This document shows, piece by piece, positions 13,310 through 24,763 of a stretch of 64,000 nt of DNA. Every line of letters starts with the position of its first letter. Position 1 is the first letter of the stretch. The translations under genes and the position numbers were made by a program. Source of the DNA: Chlorokybus atmophyticus (Eukaryota; Plantae; Mesostigma and Chlorokybus algae). The stretch is from assembly GCA_009103225.1 (NCBI GenBank), contig RHPI01002503.1, positions 1,303,206-1,367,205 of the forward strand, given 5' to 3'. The notes under the pieces were generated by a model, which worked only from the letters and a program-made list of their open reading frames with translations, was not told the DNA's origin and ran no database searches.

Positions 13310-13793
13310 CCGTATTTACTCGAACACAGCCCCCCCTCCTATTACAATATCCCCCTTCCTTTTTCTTTAAGGGGGGCCCTGATAACATGTACAGCCCCCC
13401 CCCTGGTCGTATACAACCCCCCTACCCCGCACTCCCGCCTGCCTATCTGCCGATGTAGCGCTGCTACACAGCGTCTAGGCGCTAGTATCCAGCTCCTCAG
13501 TGCTATAGATATCGATAGCGCTGCATGCCCCGGATCAGCATCTGAATAATTATAGGTTTCTGTAGGCGCTGGATATCAACGCTGCATGCCCCGGTCGCAG
13601 CCAATTATGTCTGGAGTGCGCGCCAGCTCGATTGGCGCGCAATGTGCGTCCGAGTACAGCCCCCCTAGTGGAGGGGGGGCTCAATTTATCGAGCCGTCGA
13701 TAGATTGAGCCCCTCCTCAAATAGAATACCCCCTTTTCACATTGGGAGGGGGGCTGTGATAAAAGGGGGGGGGCTTGTGTTCGAATAAATAGG
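13310..13793. mobile_element. Non-autonomous MITE with Tc2/pogo-like (CCGTA-start) terminal inverted repeats
   Basis: Left end CCGTATTTACTCGAACACAGCCCCCC (13310). The right end in reverse complement reads CC-TATTTATTCGAACACAAGCCCCCC (ends 13793) and is followed by TA. There is no ORF. An internal hairpin lies at 13671-13718. Confidence 0.65.
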
Positions 13794-14734
13794 TAGTTAT
13801 CGATCTGTACGATATAAGAAGAACATAGTTTGATCCTTCAGGCTGCACAACATAACGCGTGTGTCAATCAGTATTAATTGCGGCTGATCCTCAATAACTG
13901 GTATGTTACATCCACACAAACAATTTTCACGAAACATACAGCCCCTCATTTACGCAAGCTGGGGGCAAGAGGGTATTCTCGAAGTTGTGTGAATGTTATG
14001 AGCCCTTCACACATAAGCACTCGATTAACTGATACGGGATATTATAGCAATGTTGTTAAAACAAGAAAAGAGGCACTGCACATATATGTCCCGTATCATG
14101 CATACTATACATGTAAGGCTGACCACCCAACGCTAGGCCTTTTCTCAACAACCTAGGTAATGCAATTTAGCACTAGCATACATGTGTATACACTATCAGT
14201 CATGTCACATTGTATGCAATGCAGCTCTATTCAATCTCTAAGCAGCATTGTCATAGCAGGGGATGGTTTAAAGTCCTTCGTCTCTTCAGAGCCGGCTCCC
14301 AAAGACACACTCGTGAAGAAGGCTGTTCTGCAGTCTTCCTTAGCACACCGCTCTCAACACAGCACACAGCCTACCCAACATAGAGTAGAGGGGAGGGCCT
14401 TTATACACCTACCGCCAAGCACCCCTCACACAGTCGTGAGCATAAGAAACGCACAATTGTGATTGTTTGGACGCTGTCAGCAACCCCCTTATCATGATGT
14501 ACTCCTATCTATTGCCTTCCCATTTGGCCATGCATAGGCCGAGTAGCAAGTTATTAGCCAGCTGGCTAAGTGCCCTTAGATTCACATGTGCTGACCTAAG
14601 TCGTGTGCTCCGCCGCCTTAAGTTGTAGCACTATTAGGTTAAGTACAGCACTTGATTGCCCAGTACCTGCTTGTCACAGCATAGCACACTTGCGCGGATG
14701 ATACCAACGCGGGGTTCTCCTCACAAGAAGCAAT

Positions 14735-14965
14735 AGATGTCGTGTTGCGTGGGGTTGAGCGCTGAACCGTCTCAAACAACACCAGAGGAACTGTGCTGTG
14801 GCTGAGGATGCAGGGATGGTCTGTGCACTATTGTAGTTTTGGGTGAAGGCAAAAGAGTAACCCCCTGCTGGAAGTGTGCAGTGGAAAGAGGTGACTACAA
14901 TGTCAAAGATGAGGTAGAACGCAGGGAGTAGTGATACTCGCTTACGGATAGCTGTAAGTCAACAA
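14735..14965 (-). mobile_element. LTR fragment related to the LTR of the PHD-gypsy element at ~20065-20308
   Basis: Aligns by eye with 20065-20308 (shared CACTATTGTAGT.TTGGGTGAAGGCAAAAGAGTA.CCCCCTGCTGGAAGTGTGCAGTGGAAAG). Both copies begin TGTTGAC on the minus strand. Confidence 0.6.
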
Positions 14966-15693
14966 GCCACTACTAAATGTAGCGAGAGACCCTTGCGTGA
15001 GTGGCAATGGGTGTATCAACTGCTAAGTGAGGTGAATAAATGTAGCAATATAGTGATGCCAAACCGGGTGGTAACTATCCACATCGTGCCCACGATGCCG
15101 CTAAGCTCACACACAATACGAAATCGTGCACACGCTGCAGACGCTGCACTCTCTCACAGGTATGAAGGCTTCTTAGCAACCGCGACCGCTTGTGTGTAGT
15201 CGCACCCCTTCACAACTTGTTGTCTTGGAGTCTTATTCAACACAGCACTCGCAGCATGCAATACTAAACTTCAGGCTTCACAACATAAGTTGCTATTACA
15301 CTTTCTCTAAGTCTATGCGCTCAGACTCATTCGTAGTGTTACCGAGTATACAAGTAAACAATCTGTCTACTTATACTATTGTATGAACATGTGAACCATT
15401 AGTCCAGCAATCTTGACCGATCTTATCACGGCTATTCGTTAGCTGTTCACTGAACTGTGTGTACTTGAATCGGGCAGAAAGCGAGCCTGTCAACGGGCAG
15501 CGTGGTGGACTCATAACGGATCAGCTAAGATCAAGGGACCTCCTGGTCGGAACTCTAATGTATCAGCTATGCGGGGTATCTACGAGAATTGTGCTGGCAT
15601 TACTCGGTGGTGGTGAAGGATTGATGCTTGTGGCGCGGGAGAGTCGGACTGGTTGTAGGGAACGGGTATGCCGGTAGCCTGGGAGGCAGGTTG

Positions 15694-16502
15694 TGTAACG
15701 GGAGGGTACATTAAATTACCACAAATCGACCATAAAAGCACCAAGTTTTTTGTGGTCGAGTGGGCTGTGACATTGGTATCGGAGCTTGGTTACCCGGGTT
15801 CCCGCCTTGCACACGAATTCCGCGGTTGTTGTTTCTCGATCCAATAACATCGTAAATAGTTACTTTATAAGTGCCATCATCGATGGGTCGCGATATGCCT
15901 TATGGCAGTCGCGCCGAACTGACCAGTTCAGTCGGCGCGGCAGGGCGCGACCTGCCTATCGCGGCGACGCAACCTGTGGGGCCGCAGCGGCGCGATGTGC
16001 GCGCGTTGACCGGTATGGGTTTAAATTGGCCGGTCCTTGGGCGGTGGGGCCGATGACCGACCCTAATCAGACCCCTGGGATGATTCCCCAGCTAATGCGA
16101 GCCAGCTGCCGAGGACGTCAGCGTTCTTANNNNNNNNNNNNNNNNNNNNNNNNNNNNNNNNNNNNNNNNNNNNNNNNNNNNNNNNNNNNNNNNNNNNNNN
16201 NNNNNNNNNNNNNNNNNNNNNNNNNNNNNNNNNNNNNNNNNNNNNNNNNNNNNNNNNNNNNNNNNNNNNNNNNNNNNNNNNNNNNNNNNNNNNNNNNNNN
16301 NNNNNNNNNNNNNNNNNNNNNNNNNNNNNNNNNNNNNNNNNNNNNNNNNNNNNNNNNNNNNNNNNNNNNNNNNNNNNNNNNNNNNNNNNNNNNNNNNNNN
16401 NNNNNNNNNNNNNNNNNNNNNNNNNNNNNNNNNNNNNNNNNNNNNNNNGGGGGGATGTAACGGGAAGGTACATTGAATTACAACAAATCGACCATAAAAG
16501 CA
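15694..16502 (+). mobile_element. LTR retroelement with a 79-bp 5' LTR, PBS, internal assembly gap, PPT and truncated 3' LTR
   Basis: 5' LTR 15694-15772 (TGTAAC...GTGACA) and PBS TGGTATCGGAGC at 15774-15785 (tRNA-iMet type). A G-rich PPT at 16449-16455 precedes a second copy of the first 47 LTR bases (16456-16502). Confidence 0.75.
16130..16448. other. Assembly gap (N run)
   Basis: Run of N; true size unknown. Confidence 0.99.
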
Positions 16503-16506
16503 TTAA

Positions 16507-17013
16507 TGTAACAGCACCACCGTCGCCGGTGATGCCCCTTCAATCCTCCACCCCAACACCCACACCGCCTATAACAAGCCTGAGCAAAGAACGCAAAGTG
16601 AGGTCACATCAGTTTGATGTGACCTTTTATATCAAGAGTATATAAAATATATACCTCTCGATAATAAAATCACAACTACACATCGACCCTACCAATAGGG
16701 TAATTAGGAAATCTAGCGTGAGCCAATCGCAGCTTAGATAAGGTACCTATCGATACGATACCTACCGAAAAATACATATCGTACGGTACCTAACGAGATA
16801 GTGATCACATTTTATTAAAAGTGACATTAAATAGACTTGAATAAGCGCTTCTACACCCATTGGGACTTATTTAAGCTATGATAAAGCATCATAGCCTTAA
16901 ATAAGCGAGGAACCGTAGAAAAGAGGTACAAATAAGCATATTTAGATACTTATTCATATAGAATGTGTTATCTAGGTAGCAATAATACCCCTATTAATAT
17001 TTCTCCCGTTACA
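16507..17013 (-). repeat. 3' LTR (507 bp) of the chromovirus
   Basis: Minus strand begins TGTAACGGGAG directly after the G-rich PPT and ends GCTGTTACA, giving TG..CA termini. Confidence 0.75.
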
Positions 17014-20011
17014 TTCCCCCCCACTTGGGTTTTTAACGTCCTCGTTGAGCTCAAGTTGATCAGGCTTGATTTCTAGTAATTGTAACCAGTGAGATAGCAG
17101 GAAATGACAGGGTGGTATTGAAACTGCACTGCCAGTTTGTCATAAAACCAAGCCCACAGTTTACGGGACAGGACGTGAATCTGAATAAGCTCGCGGCAGT
17201 GCGTAAGATGCATGTCGGGCTCCCAACTGTTATGTTCCGGGCCATACCCTTTCCATTTCACCAATTAGCGAGTTGCGCGTCCTCGACTATTTAGCTTATG
17301 GTTCAATATATGATCCACCTCGTATTCGAGCTCGCTGTCCACCTCAATTGGCGGTGGTGGAGGTTGTGTGTTACCGTCTGAGCGGTAAGGTTTCAACAAG
17401 TTCACATAGAACACGTTGTGTATACGCACACTTGAGAGCAATTGCAGTCGATAAGCGTGCGTACCAACTCTATCAGTGATAGAGTAGGTACGCACGCTTA
17501 AAGAAAGGACTAACCATCGGGGCAGCAACTTGCGAGCACCCGTACCTTTGATGGTTATGTTCTTTGCGTTAAGCAAAACTTTATCGCCGACATCGAAAGT
17601 GGCCATTCTTCAATGTGTATCAGCATGAGCTTTTTGCCTGGCCTGTGCTTTTGACAGACATAGCTTGGCTCGAGCCAAATCTTCTTGCGTATTAATGGCA
17701 AATTCTTTTGCCGCTGTTACAGTCAGGGCATTGCGAGGTACACGCAATGACGCTGGTGTGTTCGGGCGAATCCCATAATTTAAGAAAAAGGGGGTTTCAT
17801 TTACACTTTCCTGCCACGCGATGTTCACAGCGAACTCTGCCATTGGCAAGTACCTGTCCCAAGCAGCATGGGTAGGAGCCACATAATGGTGAAGCATTTC
17901 TTCCATTATTTGATTTGCTCGCTCAATTTGTCCGTTGGTTTGCGGTGGAAAGCAATTGATATGCTTTGTTTTACCCCCAACAATTCACAGACTTCTCTCC
18001 AAAACTTGGAGACAAACCGAGGATCACGATCTTTGATGAGCTCACGCGGTACACCGTGAACTCGAAAGACCGTGGACACAAATAAATGTGCTAAGTCCCG
18101 TGCACTCACAGTTGTGCAACACGGGGCAAAATGCACCATAATGGTCAAACGGTCGACAAAAACCACAATAGCAGTATATTCGGATGCTGTTTTTGGTAGG
18201 TCAGTAATTAAATCCATTCTGACACTATCCCACTTTTGTTCTAAAATTACCAATGGTTTAAGCAATCCCGCTTGTTTTTGTCGTATGGCTTATTACGTTG
18301 ACACACGTCACATGTGCGAACATATTGATCCACATCAGCTGACAATAACGGCCATGAGTATAATTGTTGCTCAGCCTTGAGTGTTTTGTGTTTCCCCAAA
18401 TGCCCAGCATACGGCGGGTCATGCACTGAATGTAAGCATTGCTTACGCAAGTCGCCCGAGTTGGGAATTGCCAACTGCTCCCCTTTATACCACAGGTTGG
18501 TAATAGCAATAAGCTGTTGCAAGTTGGTTTGATTGCTAAACCAATCATCTGAGTTATAACCTGTTGCCACTTCCTTTAGGAAAGGATCTTCAGGTTGTAA
18601 CACATACGCGTACTTCGAAAGCGCGTAAGTGCCAAAAGAGCAGGGCTACGACTTGGTGGGTCCAGCACATTGGTGCGACCCGGACTGTATTGCCAAGCGA
18701 AAGTGAAACGAGAAATGAATTCATTCCACCTAGCTTGCCGCCTCGACAGGTTCTGTTGCATATGAAAAAATGTGAGCGGGTTGTGATCAGTAGTCACTGA
18801 AAACTCCACACCTTGCAAGTAGCAACGCCATGTGCGCAGCGCGTGCACCACCCCGAGCAATTCCTGCTCAGTGGTTGTGTAATTACGTTCAGCAGAAATG
18901 AACTTACTGCTTTCATATGCACATGGTCGATCAACCTGTAGAAGGACTGCCCCACACCCAATGGTGGAAGCATCACTGATCACCACAAAAGGCTTGGTGT
19001 GGTCGGGAAGGTTAACACAGGGGCTTGTATTAATGCATCTTCAATGCGTGTACAAGCAACCTCGTGTGCCTCCGTCCACACAAATTTAACATCTTTTCTT
19101 AGTAAAGATGTTAAAGGATTTGCCATGCTAGAATATGCTCGTATGAGCTTGCGGAAATAATTAGCTAGCCCCAAGAAAGCACGTAACTGATGTACATCCT
19201 TAGGTGGTGGCCAATCCTTCACTGCACACACCTTTTGAGGATCTGGTTTCAATCCTTCTTTGCCAATCACATGCCCTAAAAAGGGTAGTTCATCCTTTGC
19301 AAAGTTGCATTTGGACAGGTTGGCATGGAATTTGTGTTCGCGTAACTTAGCTAGAACCAATTTCACATGCTTGTGGTGTTCCTCCCGGGTTTTGCTGAAC
19401 ACAATAATGTTGTGAAGATATAGCAGTACAAACTTGTACAATTCATCAGCAAATACCGCGTTCATTGCTGCCTGAATGTAGCTGGTGCATTTGTTAACCC
19501 AAATGGTAACACTTTATACTCAAAGTGTCCTAATGGGGTGCGAAATGCAGTTTTTTGTATATCTGACGGGTGGATTTTGATTTGATGATAACCACTGATC
19601 AAATCCAATGTGCTGAACATTATTGCACCTGACAGCTTATCAAACAAATCATCAATTTGAGGCAAAGGGTATCTATTTTTTACGGTTACCTTGTTCAACG
19701 CACGATAATCAATACACATGCGTAGCTTCCCATTCTTGTGGGGCACAAACAAAATCGGTGCACCAAAAGGAGATATGCTCTTTGTTATCAAACCTTTGTC
19801 CAATAACTCTTTGAGCTGTTTTTCCATTTCCGCGTGTTCTAAGGGACTTAGCCTATAGATAGGCCGCCAAGGTGGCTTTGCCCCCTCTTTCAACGGAATG
19901 GTATGATGCATGTTTCTATTAGGAGGCAACTTCGGGACTTCATCCTGAAATAAATCTGCGTATTGTTCCGTAAGTGATTGCACCACAGGGTCAGTTACGG
20001 CTCCCGTTACA
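16507..20011 (-). mobile_element. Decayed Ty3/gypsy chromovirus (RT-RNaseH-integrase-chromodomain, 3' LTR retained, 5' part deleted)
   Basis: RT: [37 protein letters not shown]; the YxDD motif has degenerated to YLHN. RNaseH: DASTIGCGAVL..TDHNPL. Integrase: HDPPYAGHLG..CDVCQ and MDLITDLPKT..DRDPRF. Chromodomain: YEVDHIL..VKWKGYGPEHNSWEP. Many frameshifts and stops are present. A G-rich PPT adjoins 17013. Confidence 0.92.
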
Positions 20012-20016
20012 GGTTG

Positions 20017-22133
20017 GATGTAGGCATACACGAGGAGAATGAGCCCTTCTGGACGGTTAGTGTGACAGCTGTCGGGTTGCCTTGGTCCGAGCACTGCACC
20101 GTCTCGAAAAACATCAAAGGAACTAAGTTATGGCTGAGGAAGCAGGGCAATGATAGCCAGCGCACTATTGTAGTATTGGGTGAAGGCAAAAGAGTACCCC
20201 CCTGCTGGAAGTGTGCAGTGGAAAGTGGAGAGGTGACCACGATGCCATAGATGAGGTAGAACGGGCGGGGTGTCATGATACTCAGCTGCAGTTACTTATA
20301 AGTCAACAAGCTACCCCCCCTGAGGCCTGTGGAAGTCCCTACTGCAGCACTTAGTTTGATGGGGGGGAAGGGGGAGGGGAGTTTGGTGGTCCGTGGGTGC
20401 GGCAGCCGTCGCACCGGTAGGCTTCAAAGAAAACCTTCTGCATAGGAGGGTCCACGCAATAGCAGTGCATGCTATTGATGCATCCGTTGCACAACATTAT
20501 GAGGACATCGTCATCGCACTACCGCACTGATCACAACGCTTGCTGCGGAGAGGGCGTGGATAATGGATGGTGTTGAAGCCTGCCACTTGTGGAAGGTGAC
20601 AATGCGCGCAGTTGGTGACGATGTCCTTGAATCGCTCGCCGTCGGTGCCGAAGAGATCAAGGATTCCGGAGGGATATGCTTACAAGACTTTGTAGCTGAC
20701 GCGATAGACGCTGATGTTCAGGGTGTCCCGTGTGCGGGTCATGCGGTATATAGAGTCACCTGCTTTGAAGCGCCGGTTGCGCTGTTTGTAAGGGCCGTTG
20801 CGGACACGATAATGCAAGGTGTCGCGGTGCTAAGCAATGCGCAGATTGCTCATGGCCATGGGGATCAGGTGATAGAAGAGGTCGGCGCATGCTTTCGTGT
20901 CGTAACGCATGAGGACTGGGTCCTCAAGATTGTCCAGCACCCGTGCCGCGTCATGCTGGGCGCGGAAGGGGAGCAATGGCTCGCGACCGAACAGCTGTTG
21001 GTAAGGGCTGTACTTGTTGAGAGCGGTTTGCTTGGACAAGCAGTAGTAATGCCAGCCAGGGGAGGTACTCATCCCAGGTGCGCTTCTCGTGCTCAATGGC
21101 ATACTTCCGTAGCGCCTTCTTGATAGTCCGAATAATATGTTCAGATAGGCCATCTGCCTGAGGGTCTCGTGAAGTGCGCTAGTGGTTGAGATACGCGTGG
21201 CTGAGGAGATCGTCGAACTCTCTAAAGAACTCGGTGCCCTGGTCACCACATCAGCGCACGAGCTGAAGAGACCGAGGACAATCTCTAGAAAAGTGTTGGA
21301 GACTCCTCTGCTGCTCTTGTGAGAAGTGCTCAATCGTGACGAGGATATACCTGTTGCCGCGGAAAGAGAGGACAAGGTCCTCGAGGATGTCGAGGCCCCA
21401 GCCGTAGAACATCCCAGCGATGGGCAGTGGGTGCGAGATGGTGGTGCGCGTATTGAGGCTGGCGTTTACGAGGTCACCGTGTGAGCAAGTGCCTACGTAA
21501 GCACGGACTTGTGTGTACATGCCATGCTACTAGTACTGTGCGAGTACCAAGCTGATGATGCGCTTGACACCAAGGTCCCAGCTTGGTATGGAGAGCGGTG
21601 ATCACGCCCTCTCGTAGATAGGGAGAAGGGACCTCCTTGTCTTCGATGCAAATGCGTTGCAGCAGGCGGTCGCCCGTCAAGTGGCGGTACCGTGTGCGTT
21701 GGCTGACACGGTTGTGCTCCCTTACGACGAGGACTGCAAGCATGTGCCCTTGTTGCAGGATGGCTAGGGAGGTGGTGTCCAGCCTGATGTCCTAACGGAG
21801 GTCAGTGGGTGGCAAGTTGCCACTGGCAACTTAATGTCGTCGACACCCCCCTCGTCGGAGATGTTGGGTGCTGGTTTCAGAGCAGGCATGTCTTGGTCTT
21901 CATTGTGCAAAGATGGTGGCGTTTCCATTGTGGCTGTGGCCTGGCTCGGATGCAGTAATGTTGTGTCTGTTGTGGCTGTGGTGCAGCCCGGATGCGGCGA
22001 GGCTGTGTTTGTTGTGGTTGTGGTGCAGCCCGAACACAATGCTGCTACATCAAACATGGTGCCTGTTCCTGATGGAGAAGCTGAAGATGTCAACGCGTGG
22101 CGAGCTCCGGTGGCGTCATTCCTGAAGAGGTGA
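20017..22133 (-). mobile_element. Decayed REM1-like Ty3/gypsy fragment: integrase with C-terminal PHD finger, PPT and interrupted 3' LTR
   Basis: Integrase Zn-binding/core remnants (LHTKLG.., FYGWGLDIL..GNRYILVTIEHFS, YSPYQQLFGREP). These are followed by PSGILDLFGTDGERFKDIVTNCAHCHLP and a frameshifted C4HC3 set (CDQC, LCNGC, MHCYC.DPP, YRCDGC). A G-run PPT precedes an LTR starting TGTTGAC at 20308. Confidence 0.8.
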
Positions 22134-22177
22134 GGATTGCGGCTGAGGCCGTCATCGTTCTGGTTAGCGAGGCCTTC

Positions 22178-24722
22178 TGTTGAACACTGAGCTAGCGCTG
22201 GTCAACTACAGCATACAAATGCACTAGAACATACACACAAGGCGTGCACACAAGGCATGCAAAGGGGTTTCACCCGAACCAACAACTTGTTAATTCTGTT
22301 CGCCTTTATACCAGCCAGACTACACATGACTACTTTAGCAAGCACCGCGTGAGCTATACTCAGCGGATTGCCAATACATAAGCTTAGTTGTCTAGCTTAC
22401 AGCCAAAGCTTTCCAACAAGCTAAGCCACGCCTCTTAAGGCTAAGTATACGCGGTTCTCGCCGTTCTCCCAAGGCGTTGGCTGCGCCAGCCTCATGAGCA
22501 AGTCCGGAGTCTCCTGCTTGGTCATACTCAGCGTAGTGGACTCGATATCTGCTGCAGACTCATGGCTGATCGATATCAGCTCATACTAATAGCAGTATCT
22601 CTAAGGCTCAAGCCTTAGAGAATTCACAAGCTGACTAGACTGAGCAGTGTGCAAGACTTGCGCATGCTAACACTCCCACGCACGCAGCTTAGTAGACTCC
22701 AAGTCCTCCAGTGCAGTCATGGAACTTCTTCGTCACTAAAGGCTTGGTCATGCAGTCAGCCAGCATCTCCTCCGTGTTGCAGCACTTGATTGCCACCTTC
22801 TTCCTTGCTACACGCTCGCGCACGAAGTGGTGAATCACGTCAATGTGCTTTGACCGGATTAAAGCAATCGGATGCTTTAGCAGCTTGATTGCGCCTTGGT
22901 TGTTGCAGTTGATGCTGATGCAGCTTGGGTAGCATAAGTCCACCATCTGCTCTTCAACCACAATGCCTCCTTCACTGCCGATGAGGCAGCCATGTACTCC
23001 GCCTCTGCTGTCGAGGCAGCCACGGCAGGTTGCAGTTTACTGTTTCAGCTAACATCTCCACCATTAATTAGGAACGCGTAGCCAGTAGTTGACCTCCTCA
23101 TATCAAGATTCCTAGCGTAGTCAGCGTCACAGTAGCCCTCCAACTCCTTGTCACCAGCTCCCTCTCCAAAGTGAATGCCCACGCTTGTGCTCCCCATCAC
23201 ATAACGCAGCAACTCCTTTGCAGCTCTCCAATGCTCCATGGTGGGTACTGACATGTAGCGTGCAAGCACTCCCACAGCATGTGCGATGGCATAATGCTCA
23301 CGGACATGTAAAGCATGCTCCCAGCCCACTCACTGCAAGGGAACTTGCTCCTGTCGAGGTGCTCTGTCTCACTCATTGCTCGCTGCAGCTTGGCTCCCAC
23401 GGACATAGGTGTCGCCTTGCCTTTGGCGTCTCCCATTGCAAACTTCTCCACGATCCTTCGCGCCATTAATCCCTGGCTAGTCTTGGCTGTCTTGTTGTCC
23501 GTGTCCCTCTCGATCACCATGCTCAGAAACAGCTATGCCTCTCCCAAGTCCCTCATGTCAAAGGCAGACTTGAGAGATGTCTTCACCTCCTCCCAGTCCT
23601 TCAGCTTCTTTGCAGCAGCCATGATGTCGTCGACGTAGACCAACAGCCAAACCTTCTTCTCCTTGTGCGTGAAGAGTTCAGGATCAGCTTCAGAAGGTGT
23701 GAAGCCAATCTTCTCCAACTCCTTGGTGAGCCGGATGTGCCATACTCTTGGCGCTTGCTTGAGCCCGTACAATGCCTTTACAAGTCTGCAAGCAGTGCCT
23801 GATTCTCCCTCCTCATAGCCCTTGGGTTGCTGCATGTAGATCTCCTCCTCCAACTCTCCGTAGAGGAATGCAGTCTTCACATCCAAGTGGTGTAGCTCCC
23901 AATCCTCACCTACCACAAGTGCAAACATGGTGCGAAAGGTTACAAGCTTACTAGCAGGGGCGAACACCTCATTGAAGTCAATGCCCTCTTGCTGCAAGTA
24001 CCCCTTTACCACCAATCGTGCCTTGTATCTCTCGATGCGGCCTTGCCCATCGCGCTTAATTTTGTACACCCATCTCACCGGTAAGGGCTTCACTTCAGGT
24101 GGGACCTTCTCCAGCCTCCATGTGCCGTTGGCGTGCAAGGATGCTATCTCCTCGTCCATCGCATGTTGCCACAGCTTTGTGTCTCGGGCTGTTATTGCCT
24201 CCTCATATGTGGTAGGCTTCTCCTCCTTGGTTAATGCTGCCAAGCTTTTAAAGCGTCCTTCCTCAGGTCTCGTGCTTCTCAGCATATACCTGGGCTCCTC
24301 CTGGACCTCCACAGCTTCTTCCGATGCTTGTTGCTGAGACTGATGGCTGGTGTATGTAGTTCGATCCTCAAAGTGCGGAATGTTGTTGAATGGTGACTCC
24401 TCCATATGGGGGTCCTCCTCCTCCTCAACAACAACCTCTAGGACATCACCTGTGAAGCCTTCCTCCATAAACATCACATCCCTACTCACCACCACCTTGT
24501 TGTCTTCCAGCAGCACGCGGTAGACCTTTTGAGTTGAACTCATAGCCAAGATAAACACGCCCTTTTTGCTCTTGGGCGCCGGCTTCTTTTGCAATCGCTT
24601 GGGGATGAAAGCATACGCTGTAGAGCCGAAAACCTTCAACATAGAGATGTCTGGCCTTTGCTTGGTGAAAAGCTTCCACGATGTCTTTGCTTGAGATGCT
24701 TTCGGTGAGCAATTGCGCACAT
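22178..24722 (-). mobile_element. 5'-truncated Ty1/copia retrotransposon (integrase tail, RT, RNaseH, 3' LTR)
   Basis: RT: HHLDVKTAFLYGELEEEIYMQQPKGY and LLVYVDDI. RNaseH: GYCDADYA..RRSTTGYAF and RSKHIDVIHHFVRE. Frameshifts are present. PPT GCGTGGGAG is followed by an LTR at 22672-22178 with TG..CA ends. Confidence 0.92.
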
Positions 24723-24763
24723 ACGCTGCAGGCTGGCTAAAGTCATTCTCTGTTCCTTACTTA

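Noticed and set aside
16130-16455. Biological meaning of both N gaps ending at G-runs (also ~54154)
   Set aside because: More likely a sequencing/assembly difficulty at homopolymers or repeats; the first G-run is simply a PPT.
20007-20276. Possible gag/protease region upstream of the chromovirus RT
   Set aside because: No D(S/T)G protease motif. The sequence follows a PPT and matches 14735-14965, so it is better explained as LTR of the PHD-gypsy element.
20563-21123. 186-aa plus-strand ORF
   Set aside because: Antisense shadow of the minus-strand integrase remnant.
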